DNA of 64,000 nucleotides from Psilocybe cubensis (Eukaryota). Shown here in pieces: positions 1 to 12,017 of this stretch (positions are counted from its first letter, which is position 1; every line of letters starts with the position of its first letter). The stretch lies in contig CM039001.1 in the NCBI GenBank assembly GCA_017499595.2, positions 2,666,001 through 2,730,000 of the forward strand, written 5' to 3'. The notes beneath the pieces are model-generated. The model saw only the letters and a list, made by a program, of their open reading frames with translations, was not told where the DNA came from and did not search any database. Both the position numbers and the translations under genes were made by a program.

Positions 1-518
1 CTCCCCAGAGATTTATTGTCTTCAAAAGCATTATGACATGTTTTATATATAAAAGCGCATTGCACAGTTTACTAGATTGCTCAAGCAAAACTATATTTCT
101 ACCTATCATCCATGTGGGGACCCCACGAATGTAAGTATTGTTTCTTGTCTAGATGTCGTATTATGCCGTATCACTATCAAGAATCACAGCTTGTGTCATC
201 ATGCCGGAATGACTGGCATAAGCGCCTACCAAAATGATCCTAGTGAGAAATTAAAATTCGATGGCACATGTCGTCATAGGTATCCTATCCCTTTGCCCCT
301 TTCATCTGCCCAGTAACGTTACTTTTTTTTTAAGTTAATCAGGAACGATCTCATAGCAAAACGCCTTTAAAATCAAAAAAGTCTTTAAAGTCCGGACGAA
401 CAAGACTATCAACTATGTATGTATCTATTTCTGATTTTCGCACCCCTGAACACTTCTACACGTTACTTCACCGCCCAAAGCTGGACACTCCGTTATTCAC
501 AACTTGATCAAAAAACCG

Positions 519-1096
519 TTAAGCAATAACATTGATAACTGCTTCGGTTCCTCCTCTAACAAGGACGGGGCTTCCATCGGTACCATTGATATTGTGAATG
601 TTGTTCAAAATCAAAGTGTAAGTGGCGTTGAAGAAAAATCCGTGCGGAACCTAAAACAAATCGCGAGGTTGATTCAAACGGCGTGGATGCGTTATGCATT
701 GGATACTTACCTTGACGGAGAACGAATCGGACAGCGCGCCTTTGGGTAGAGCGTGGCGAGCAAGGATGATTGGCTGTTCGAAGCCGTTGTTGTTGGGCGG
801 GAGAACTTCAATCGAGTAGTCAAGGAATTGTGGGATGAGCCCAAATTGCTGGACACCGCAGCTGACATCAGTTGTGATCTTAATAGTCTATAAGGGCCGA
901 GCTCAGTCAGCTCCAATGCCTAAACTAGTGGTTTAAATAATAAGGATAGACGCACGTCTCCAGCACGGAAGGTCGAGGGTGTAACGGTAACAACACCGAA
1001 ACGCGCTGCTTCATCGCAAGGGGCGGCTCGACCAACGTTGGCAGATGCTACGAGCCCCGCAAGAGACAGGATGGCGGCAGAAATGGCGAATTTCAT
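519..1096 (-). CDS. Small secreted protein, 149 aa, 3 exons (1096-956, 887-711, 650-519), unknown function
   Basis: Spliced by hand: MKFAISAAILSLAGLVASA signal peptide, then APCDEAARFG...DVSCG...VINVIA*. Both introns are canonical (GTGCGT..TAG, GTAAGT..TAG) and phase 0. Absent from the ORF track. Confidence 0.85.
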
Positions 1097-2719
1097 TGTA
1101 CGAAAAAGAAGTAAAATGTTGTTGGTTTATCCTTGACTATCAATGTGCTTGCGATGTGAGATTCACAATATTTTCGATGGCTTTTATACTGTACCAGAGC
1201 TACTCAACGAGAATTCGAACGGTCAAGGAACTCCGGGATTTAGGGTGCAACATCCCCTCATCGAGGCTTGCCCGTGAATCAACATAATTAGCAAAGGAAC
1301 ATGTTTACAAGTAACAGATTGACGGAGCATGTAATGGCAGTATTGAAAGCTGCACGAAGGAATAGGACGCTTCTTACCGACACAATGAATCCGCAAATGA
1401 ACACCTTTAGCATTCCTTTCTGTAGTGTGGTACGATGATTGTCAATGCTTCTAGCACTTCTCGCACAATGCCCGTTGATCGACGTCTAAATTTAGGTTGT
1501 GAGGGAAGGACGCCACATAATCCTCTTTTGGATTCCCACAACGTTCTCATTAGGCCGCCGAGACTTTGGCAGAGTACACCCATTACAGACCAAAAAGGAA
1601 TACACTGATGGAGCACACATGTGTAAGATGTTGTGTCAGGACAGATATCGATTTTAGAAGTGTTTCATCCGACTACCAATTCATTCAACCTCGGGGAAAA
1701 CGGGCGCCCACAAAATCTAATATTATTAAACGAACGGGTGGCGGTTAATCGATTAATCATTCAGCGAGCTTATAAATGCATTATTCTCAACTGTATGCGC
1801 AATATATCTTATTCATACACCAAGTTGCAGGTTCTAATGCTATTGGCTCAGTATGGGTCGAGTGCCACGGGTGTTGTTGACGGCTATAGGTTTACTCGAA
1901 CTTGACGGATACTTCGGTTGCTGGTGGCAGATATTGCTGGCAGGCAGTATTGTTCAAAGATGCGAAGCCTTTTTGCCACTCAGAAACGAAATGATGAATC
2001 TCCACTTTTGCAATCCAATTAAATAATTTGAAACGTTGCTGGCATAATAAATTGAACACCCTACACATAAGCGCCCGTGGGAGACATTCATTGTCTTTTA
2101 TATTTGAATTCAAATAGACAAAGGTCTAATTCACCGCTGCTTCCTAAGAGGAAAAAATATATCCGTTCATGGAGTTTGTTGACTACTACATCATTTGGAA
2201 AAGTTTCTTTCTGATCCATGGAGAGCAGATCAGGCGTACTAGAGTAAGTTGATTTGGGCCCGCGACTTGGTGCCTCCCTCAGACAAGGCTCTTCCTGAGG
2301 CCGAACATTCCTCCGGTTCAACTTTACTGAAGATGAAACCGGAAGGTAGGGTTTCCATAACGATAACAGATCTTTAAAGAATCCAGTAAATTTGAGCAGG
2401 GATATACTCCTGAGGGAAGATTTGCCGCACGAGGACGATGGAAAACTGGGACCCATTGTTATAGTTAAAATAACACATTCGGCTTCTGTCGACTTGAGGC
2501 TCTATCCGATGCAAGCAAAAGAATCGCCACCGTAATGGTACCATTACTTAGGTGGTATATCGGAATATAGTCTCCCCAAATGGTAAGCGGTTTTCCTATT
2601 TGGGTATTACTCATCAGTCCACACTTTGTCAGGACCAAACAGTTAATTTCTAATCAAACAGATAGATCCAAAGGTTGCATTGGTTGGGTTCCATCCCGAG
2701 ACAATTAAAAATATCAAAA

Positions 2720-5396
2720 CTAGCTGCACCAGACCGCAACACTTCCGTCAGCAGCACTGCTCACTAACCATGGCTGTTTGCTGCACCATCTAACCTGCAG
2801 AACACCGAGGCCATCGGTAACTGTGTGCCCCCTCAAAATTTTCAAAGGAACGATAAGGGGATCGGTCATCAAATCATTGTACACTCTAGAGTGGAAGATT
2901 TGGATTGATCCGTCGTCTGAGGAGGACGCGAAGAGAGGATACGTTGGGTGGAACTGGAGCGAGCGGATCGCACGGGAATGGTATCTGGAAAGAAGGGTAT
3001 TATTATTAATGATCGAGTGAATGGAGCGTAACAAAGATATGTACCGAAGAACTTTGTAGGGCTTCTCACTGAGTTCCAAGTCAAACCAACACAGCTTGCG
3101 GTCATAGCCACCAACAATTAGATGATCCCCTGATGGGTGAACATCCATCGAGGATATCCATTTGATACCGGGCATCAGTGTCTTGACCAGCTTTTGTTCG
3201 GAGAGATTGTATATTCTGACATATTGTTGGGTCTATAAAGCAGTCAGCAATTTATCACTGATCAAAGAAGAAAGGACCATACAGCTACAAAGAAGTGAGG
3301 TTTCAAGGGGTGGAACAAAACCGACTGGACTGCCCCTTTAATCTTTTTGAAAGGCGCCTGCGAGTGCCTCCGTGTAATTTGATGAATCCATACGCCTCCC
3401 TGCTGGCCCCCAGTAGCTAAAGGGCGAGCTGGATGAGCCAAAATCGAATCTTAAAGGTTCAGAATACGTACAAACACTGGCAAGGTAATCGCCCCTACGA
3501 TGCCAACAGAAATGAGTGGGCAGGCCGGTTGATGGTGGTAGGTTGATGGTTAAAATAGGAGTGTCTTCGGACCGTGATGCAGAAGGAGGTGTCAGCCATT
3601 TGACAGGTGATGGAGTGGTGGGAGCAGGAGGAAGAGTCGCAGGAGCCAGGACAGTGAGAGTAAGTGACAAAACAGCAGGATCAATATTTGGCGGTATGAC
3701 AAAATGAATTGTGTCTTCACTGGAAATGAAAGGTGAATTAGTTTTGATACGAACGTCTGAAAAGGTAAAGGACGCACATTCCGACGGCGAAATAGCTCAC
3801 GTCAGTTCTTGGGCACCATGCCAAAGAGCCAATTTTGCCCTCGAACTTCCATCGCTTGACTTCTCGGCCAACAATGATCTCCCAGAGACTCACAACGCCA
3901 CCTTCATCACCACTGACCACCCAGGCACCATCAGGACTGACGCTAACACATCTCGCACGACTGTTCGAATGATAAAACTGCAAACTACGATAATTCGGGA
4001 ATGGTTTCAAGCTATTCGGGCTGGGAAGTTTGGGAATTAATGAATTTGGGTCAATATTGAGTTTTACCCGCTGAACTCGAGGTGCAAGATAGAGGTCAAG
4101 TTGTCGGAAGAATCTTTCCTTAACGAAGCGATCGTATGCAGGAACCAGCCGCAAAGAGGAATACTTTTGGGGGAGGAAATTGCGTTCGCGGTCTTCGGGA
4201 TCCTGGGCCTCCCATGCTTTACGTTCCTCTTCGGTTGGCAGATATTCCTCAGGGGGGTTATAAGATTCAGCATTGGTAGGTAGAGGAGGCTTGGGTGCTG
4301 GAAGAGGAGGTGGATGCGATGACGAGGGTTCGGACCAAATAGCGTACGGTTCGAATTTTGCGGTTGATTTGGGTTTGGATGGCAGGATACGTCCTTGACG
4401 AATTGCGCGCACAATTTTCATAACCTTGTTTTGTTTAGATATTGAGAAAGTTAACTATAGGTTTAACATTCACCTTTTGTTTTTCCCATTTACTGGGCAC
4501 CCAACGTCTTTTAGGTTGGAGAGCACCGGAAAGAGGCATGATTTCTTCTTTTCCCTTCCCAGTAAACCACTCCGTCGTGGGTTCATACGGGTCATAAGAA
4601 GCATCGGGGTTTTCGCCGGCGTACAGACGGCGGATGAGGTCGAGTTCTTCGGAGGTGAGAGGCTTTTCGCTTTGGGTATTTTTGTCAAATGCAGAAGTCC
4701 TGTATACGAGATACTTAGTTTTGTCCAGAAGATTAGAAATGAATACAGAAAACTCACCATGCAGAAGAATCGTCCACGGTGGCTAGGAACTTGTCCAACT
4801 CGTCTCCGCGAGCAGGACGCAGCACTTTTTTACCATTGATATCATAACCAATATGAGGCATATCATCATACCAATGCATTGGCACATTGCCTACGCGGTT
4901 TGGTGTCTGTTCACAACATCAAAACAAGTAGCTGAACCAAGAGATTACAACGTACATCCTCGGTCGATGAATCAGAGTCATATTCGGGTTCAATTTCGGG
5001 GTAGACGGTTTTTGGCTGGTTGGTAATTTTGGATGTGACAACTTTGGCCTTAGGAAAGATATGCAAGGAGTCGTCCGAATCCGCATCAGTCTCGCTTTCA
5101 TCTACTTCATTTTCATCTTCTTCATCCTCTTCTTCATTTTCATCTTCTTCATCCTCATCGTCTTCTTCTTCTTCTTCCTCATCATAGTCGCTATCTTCAC
5201 TGTCGCTTTCGTCAATGATCTCAGGAAATTCGTCAACTTGGCCATCATCCGAGGAAGCGTCCCCGTCGTCTTCTTCGTCGCTCAACATTTCCAATGCACC
5301 GTTAGAGCGCAACTCTTGCTGGGGTGGGACAGCATCTTCATCTTCGTCGACCTGCTTTCTCTTGATAGTTTTCCTTCCAGAGGCGAGAGGGGCCAT
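2720..5396 (-). CDS. ERB1: Ribosome biogenesis protein Erb1/BOP1 (PeBoW complex), WD40
   Basis: Acidic N-terminus, [53 protein letters not shown]-terminal WD40 repeats ending [19 protein letters not shown]. Confidence 0.97.
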
Positions 5397-5673
5397 GATC
5401 CCAAGTTCAGACGCGTCTAAGAATTTGTTACTGACAGTTAGAAAAGATTTGGTAGAGGCCCCGATCACTTTTACTTCGACCACGTGAGCGATGTCATTGA
5501 CAGAAATGGCAAGAACGACTGTTTTCATCAAGTACAAACATTAGATGCATGGTTGAGCGTTAACTTCGAAGTTCGATAAAACGCCTTCACTGTGTCTATT
5601 TGCTGGAATCATTGTAAATTGGTGTTTTCCATTTGGGGGCTCTTTCACGCGTAAAATAATTTGAAGCTTCGTC

Positions 5674-7536
5674 ATGGTGAACTACGGAGGCGGTATGTCA
5701 TTTCATTCACTGGTTAAAGTAAAGCGCCAGATTTATTTCTGAACATATTTACGCGTCAATAGATGAAGTCTCTGCTTTGGTTGTCGATATTGGGTCTTCG
5801 TCCGTACGCGCTGGATATGCAGGAGATGATACACCAAAAGCAATCATTCCAACATCATATGGGTACATCCCCAAACTTCCAGATACAGATGTAGACATGT
5901 CCGACAGTACACAAGAAAACGCACCTCAGGCGGAGAACTCGAGATTTGCCAAAATATTTGTCGGTCAAAATGGTCCCTCGGTATGGAGGAGTGGGATGGA
6001 AATAGGGAATCCTATTGTGGAAGGACTCAGTATGTCATTATTATCCTGTCTTTTATGAAAGCGCTGATCAAAGTGCTTGGGATTCATGTAGTCCATGATT
6101 TTGCACCAATAAAACCACTTATTGACCATGCACTCAGCAAGGTCATGCTAATAAATCCTTCCGAGCATCCTATTCTTGTGACGGAGCCTACGTGGAACAC
6201 CCCAGCAAACCGAGAGCGCATGGCGGAAATTATGTTCGAAGAATTCAATGTACCAGCATTTTATATCGCCAATACCGGTGTCCTCAACGCGTAAGGGACG
6301 GGAAAATTGTTGGAATAGATGATCATTGACATGATTGATTCAGATTTGCAGCAGGAAAGGGATCTGCTTTGGTTATTGACATTGGGCAATCCATGGCAAG
6401 CGTCACCCCAGTTGTGGATGGATTCGTCCTCCGCAAAGGTAAAGAGGCTAACACGCCGCTTGATTAATTAAGTTGCTGAAACACTTACACAGGTCTTTCA
6501 TACTCTCCACTCCCGAAACTTGTCCATGCACACGCCCGTCACCTCCTCACCTCGCCCACACAAATAAGACGGGGCATCGATTTATTGCCTCATCAATTAA
6601 TTGCGAGTAAAGCTGTCAGTGAACCTGCTTATCAAAAATGTCATCTGCTTACTTTGTATTTGGGATGTTGTAGGTCGTAGATGCAAACGCTCTCCCACAA
6701 TTCACCATTCGTGAAGACAGGATTGCTGGGACAACTCAAAAGTGGCGCAACTGGGCAGAGACAAGGGAAGTGGACGAGTGGCTGCAAACCATCGCTGGTG
6801 TCCTTGACCAGGGCTGGAACGACCAGTACGCAGTGCAACCTTTTCTTCTTTTCAGGCTTATGTGATTAATACATTTATCCCCACATCACAGGCAAGCGGC
6901 TTCGAAGCCAAGCCGCCAATACGAATTCCCGACTGGTTACAATACATTCTTTGGCGCAGAACGATTCCTAGTTGGCGAACAATACTTCACACACAACCCA
7001 CAACTAGTGGTACGTGCATCTCATTTATTTTCAAAATACAGTAATTCACAGTTTACCTCAAGGCGTCAAATCCGAACCTACCCAAGACGTTGCCCGCGCT
7101 GATTACAGAGGCACTTCGCGCCTGCGACCCAGAGCTGCGCCAAGTTCTTATGGGTAACGTCGTCCTGACAGGCGGTGGAAGCCTCTTCTCTGGGCTCGCA
7201 GACCGTCTGTCAGCCGAGCTGACGAGAACCTTCCCTCATGTGCGCTTTTTTTTTCTTTCGTTCTTTTTACCTTTGCAAATCCGAAGACTGACAACGGATC
7301 CAAAACTTTTGACAGACTAAAATCCACGCGCCAGGCAACCCTATAGAACGTCGTTATGGTGGATGGCTGGGAGGAAGCATCCTGGCGAGCTTGGGCACGT
7401 TCCACCAGCTTTGGATAAGCAGGGAGGAGTGGCAGGTCAGTCTTACGTGGCCCTTGTTATATATACTTCTGACGTTCTGGTTTTGTCCAATGCTTAGGAA
7501 CACGGAAAGGCGATCGTTGGGCAGAGATGTAAATAA
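5674..7536 (+). CDS. ARP4: Nuclear actin-related protein Arp4 (NuA4/SWR1/INO80)
   Basis: [77 protein letters not shown]. Confidence 0.93.
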
Positions 7537-7869
7537 TTTATCATGCTGTATTCATACCAGAATCAATTCTTCATACCCATTATACCGTTTTGCTCGCGTG
7601 TTTGCTTCAACCCACCAACCAAAATTTGCAAAATACTGTGCCCAAACCAGAATAGTTTAAAACCAAAAAGAAAGACAAAACAGAAATACAACAATATCAT
7701 TGTTTCAAGCAAACTCTCGGCCATATGCAACAGAAATTATGTATGTATGTTGGTGTGGTTGGGATGTTCGGAAAGCTACTCGAGAGTTGAGAAAAGAGGT
7801 TGAAAATCGGGTCGACGAATAGGCGGAGGGGAGAGGCGAGGTGGAAGTAGGATTGATCAACCCAGATAT

Positions 7870-8010
7870 TGTAAAGACACAGACACAGACAGAGAGACAC
7901 AGACAAGCAAACATGAATGAATGAAAGAGTGTATAGAGGAGTATTTGGTTTGGGGTAGCACAACAGCGGTTTGTTGGGTGTGGGAAGTTGGGGGTTGGTT
8001 GGTTGATTGT
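7870..8010. repeat. Simple-sequence tracts (ACAG/AC, ATGA, TTGG) in the long 3' region of the Q-rich gene
   Basis: agacacagacacagacagagagacacagac, atgaatgaatga, ggttggttggttg. Confidence 0.6.
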
Positions 8011-8761
8011 GTTCGAAACCGAAACCTCGAATCGAAGTTGCATCGAGCGAGAAAACTGTTAAAAAAGAAACATGAAAATATTTTTCTCCAGGTTTTGTTG
8101 CTGACTGCTGGAGAAAAATGTGGAAGGCTCGGTTTTACAACCCAGGGATTGTGGCGTGGGTGATGAAAATATGATAACTTTGGATTGGCGGAATTGGTTG
8201 GACCTGATGAAAGCCGGTGGATGGCGGGTAGTGTCGAGTGTAAAAAAAGAAAAGAGTGAGAAAAGGTAATGGAAGTGGGAATGAAACCTGAGGGGGGGAT
8301 AAGTGGGTTACCAAGATTTGAAAAAAGGGCCATGGAACCCCAAACTCCCCCCTAAGGATGAAACAACCCCTTCCCCTCATTCAAAGTGAAAGAAGATCAA
8401 AAAATGATCAACGGTAATACACACTAAAAAGAAAATATATAAAAAATCAAAACTTTTTTTTTAGTTTCTGCGTCCTCCTTCGTCGTACAGAATAACCCAA
8501 TCTCTTCAATGCAATGCAAGAGGAATAAAAGAAAGGAAAGTCCGCCAGCCGACGTAATATATATATATCATTTCTGAAACACAGAAAAAAGAGAGAGATC
8601 TTCGTGGTGGTTTCTTGTGCAATATGCCATTCGCAGAGTCCACAGGAGAAAGAGAGAGAGAAAGAGAAAGAAAGCAAGTCGTCGAGTCGGTCCATCATCC
8701 ATCAAGTCACATCAGGATTCAGGATAACCTTAGGACATATCGATCAATCAGCAACAATCAA

Positions 8762-10418
8762 TCAATACGCCTCAACAAACTCGCGTCTCTCACGGGCACC
8801 CATAAGCATGCCCAATCCGCCAATAGCCTTCCTCCTGATGCGCGTCGCAAAGTTCTTCGGCCCGAGCTCGTCAGCGCCCGACGGCGGCCCACGGGGCTGC
8901 CTTGTCGGCTGGCTGACCATCCTGTGGCCAGCTGCAGCCGCTGTGTTCGCATTTGCGACACTGCCGGTGTTGCTGTTGTTCAAGCTCAAGTTGCCAAAGG
9001 CCGCTAAAGCACCATCTCCCTGTTGCTGCTCGGCCTCCAAGGAAGACGAAGAAGGTGGGGTGGACGACACCGGTCGCCCAATTCCCAGACCCTCGAAGAG
9101 CCGCTTGCTTGCCTCCTCGCGCGGCGAGAGAGGCATTTCGTTCGACGAGGAGGAGCGGGGAGTCGTAGGAGAGGAGCTCTTCACAGACGATCCGGAGGAC
9201 TGGGTTTCCCCATCAGTGTCTTCATCAGTGTTGTCGATCGTCACTGCTGGAAGGGGTTGCGACACAGCAGGGTTGAAGCGAAGTGGTTGGGGGCGGAATT
9301 TAGGTCCAGAAGCAGAGATCGGAGAAGCGGTTGCAGCAGCAGACGTCACGCTGTCGAGACCAAGGCCAGGAGGAGGTGAAACCCGCTCCTCGCTCGGCGG
9401 GGGTGTGATCTTGACACTGGGGGAAGAGACCGCACGGTTGCCACTAAGGACTGAGTTGTTGTTCCCGCCCCTCCTCCAGTTGGAGGCCGAGTCCGATTTT
9501 GAAGGGACAACGCCGCCATTGTTGGATGCTGGATGGCCAAGAGAGGTGCCGCCGCTGATGACGGTGGTTGAGCTTGGGGTAGCAGGAGGCTCGCCGTGCT
9601 CGTCAAACCTGGCCTGATTGTTGGATCCGGGGCCGCTGAGGCTAGTGGAGCGGCTGCCAAAGCGCCCTCCGAGTGCAGCTGTCATGGGGACCTGGTCATC
9701 TGCAGTGGCGGAAGCGACGCCGAGCTGGGCTCTAAGTTGATCAGCCTGGTTCGCACGGCGCATCTGGGCGCTGAGAGTAGCCGCGCGGAGGTCGAACGAG
9801 TTGGTCATGGGCCCAGCGGTTGCGGGTGGGTTGAAGTTGAGGCTGGTTCGCCGCTCACGGGACTGAGCCTGGGCTTGGAGCTGTTGCTGCTGCTGGATCT
9901 GCTGCTGAAGCTGGGCCTGTGCGAGCAGCTCTGCCTGAGCCTGATACTGCTGAGCTTGCATAGCCTTGACAAAGGGAAGTGTAAGAAGACAATGGAACAC
10001 GATAAGAAAAGCATCAACTTGCCTGGATGCGCATCATCTCAAGTTGGATCATCTGCATCTGGAGCTGCTGGGGGACCATGTTGGGGTTGAATCCGGGGCT
10101 GAAAGGCATGCTGTTTGGATTCATGCCCCTTGCTGCCTGATGATGGGCGAAACGGTTGTTGGGGCCATCTACGGCAGCGGTCATAGGGACGTTCCTGGGT
10201 GCAAAAACGCCGGGCTGGGGCAACTCCTGGACATAGTCGTCCTCCTCCTCCTCTGGGAAGATGTTTGTGGGGTGCTGCTGAGAGGCGAAACGGGGGACAT
10301 TGAAAGAGCCAGCTGGAGCTGCTGTGTGGGGAACGGCGGTTCCTGAAGCAGAGCGAACACCGCCTGTGCGAAGACCAGCGAGGAGGGAGGCTCTGTTGTT
10401 GTTGTTTGCGGTAGTCAT
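8762..10418 (-). CDS. Q/N/S-rich low-complexity protein with C-terminal RQPRGP motif, 2 exons
   Basis: ORFs 10014-10418 and 8762-10000 join in frame across a 58-nt GC-AG intron (10022-9965). PolyQ tract; C-terminal QPTRQPRGPPSGADELGPKNFATRIRRKA. Confidence 0.85.
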
Positions 10419-10736
10419 TGCTTTGGTGGGAGTCAGAAGTGATAGATACGATTACTTGTGATTACTGGGCAGAAAAGAGGATACAGCTGGGGATATGAGA
10501 CAAAGAGCGGGGAAAAAAGAAAGGGCGCACTTGATAGAGTGTGGCCGTCGATGACTCCTGTTGACGATGGATGGCAGAGAGTGCAAAAAAGAGAGAAAAG
10601 AAAGAAAATACGGAGATTGTATAAGGAAGAAGATGAAATTGCCACCCAAACCAGGTCAGAGGAGAGAAAGAAAGCGTTGTTCACTAATACACAAACTACA
10701 ACATACTACTCCCAGGACCCCAGTCACCCCTAATTG

Positions 10737-11417
10737 TCACAGGTACTTTCTCGCGCTACTCCGAACTCGGCTGTCGAATACCGCACTGCGTATGCGCGTG
10801 TGCGCTGTCTGGAATGGGTTCAGCATCGTCTACAACGTCCGTCAGCACACTCAACCAACGCCCAACAGAGTCCCGCTACCTTGACATACAGCTCCCACAC
10901 CTCCATGAAGAACGCCCGGATGCCCTCGTCGTTCTTGCCCTCGTGCAGCAGCACAAATTTCATGTCTGTCCAGTCAGCCAGCGCTCGCTCCAGATCACAC
11001 AGGTCTCTTACTGCTCGGCGTCACAAACGCAGACACCGTCCACTCATTGAACTTGTCTACAGACTTCAGGTACCTAGCACAACTCAGCAATGTCCACCGC
11101 CAGCCCAACTCAGCCACGCACATCATATTGTCCTTGCGCATCACATCTTCAATCACATCCAACCCCGCATTCGCAATCATCTGGATCACATGCCGGTCCT
11201 GTCCGCCCCCTACCCGAACCGCACCCCCAGTCGTGTGCTGCGTCGCACTTGACGCCCCAGACAGCGCCGTCAGCGTGCCTGCGAACGCGGAGGTCGACCA
11301 TGTCGGCAGATTCGCGGCCAGGGGTGATGTCGCGCTTGCCACCGGTTTCGTCGACTGGTGCGTGAGGCTGTACAGCGGGGTATCTGATGGCGACAGCAGA
11401 AACAGGTGGTGCGACAT
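10737..11417 (-). CDS. TRS20: TRAPP subunit Trs20/sedlin (TRAPPC2)
   Basis: MSHHLFLLSPSDTPLY, QMIANAGLDVIED, YLKSVDKFNEWTVSAFVT, KFVLLHE..NDEGIRAFFMEVWELYVK, ends KYL*. Confidence 0.93.
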
Positions 11418-11542
11418 TGTTGTTCTTTCTCCGAGCGCTAATCGTGTTGTGTGACGCGCGAGTCCTTTGTTTGGCACCCCCATCCGGAACAAACTCGGCC
11501 ACTTGAGAAACCTGACAGTCATCCATTCACGACCCAACAGCC
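11418..11542. promoter_or_regulatory. Bidirectional promoter between TRS20 and KGD4
   Basis: Only 125 bp between divergent ATGs; contains TGACGCGCG. Confidence 0.6.
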
Positions 11543-11941
11543 ATGTATCCCACTCTCCGCTGCTCCTCTGCCAGGGCCCACACACCCCTCATCAAGTTCC
11601 TCGGAAAGCGCACATATCCCAGCAGTACGTCTCCTTTCTCTCCTTCTTTCCACTTACTCACACCGTGCAGCGCCCGATGCTCCCCATCCGCATCCAGCCG
11701 CCCCTGCAGAGCTCAGGCAGCGCATCGCAGACTTTATAGCAAAACACAACTCCCCACAACCCACGGCACCCAGCACAAACATCTACAACGACTTTTGGGA
11801 GGCCCCTTCTCGCTTCTGGAAACCCAGAATCCGCCAGATAGAAGAGGATGAAATGAATGCCATCATGGTGCGTGGCGTCCTCTATTTCCCAGACAGTCCC
11901 TCACCTTGCCATCTCAGAGCGGAGGAGCATCTTCACACTAA
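11543..11941 (+). CDS. KGD4: Kgd4/MRPS36-family 2-oxoglutarate dehydrogenase adaptor, 3 exons
   Basis: Mitochondrial-type presequence, PLIKFLGKR, FWEAPSRFW, EEDEMNAIM|SGGA; these match the family's N- and C-terminal motifs. Confidence 0.85.
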
Positions 11942-12017
11942 TATCCCTTACTGATACTATAATTCGAGAGTTGTACACAAGTCTATTGACTAATAATCCA
12001 GAAATTACATGTCATAA

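Noticed and set aside
1892-2456. Short minus-strand ORFs of 122 and 73 aa
   Set aside because: No recognisable motif and no convincing splice model
5061-5420. Hydrophobic Phe/Ile-rich plus-strand ORF
   Set aside because: Reverse complement of the GAA/GAT acidic tract of ERB1
8729-8793. Possible extra terminal intron (GTGAGA...GCTGAT...AAG) altering the C-terminus of the Q-rich protein
   Set aside because: Weak donor and acceptor, and the unspliced frame already ends cleanly at EAY*; cannot be supported without reads
8604-9617. 337-aa plus-strand ORF
   Set aside because: Antisense shadow of the GC-rich Q-rich gene; no independent features
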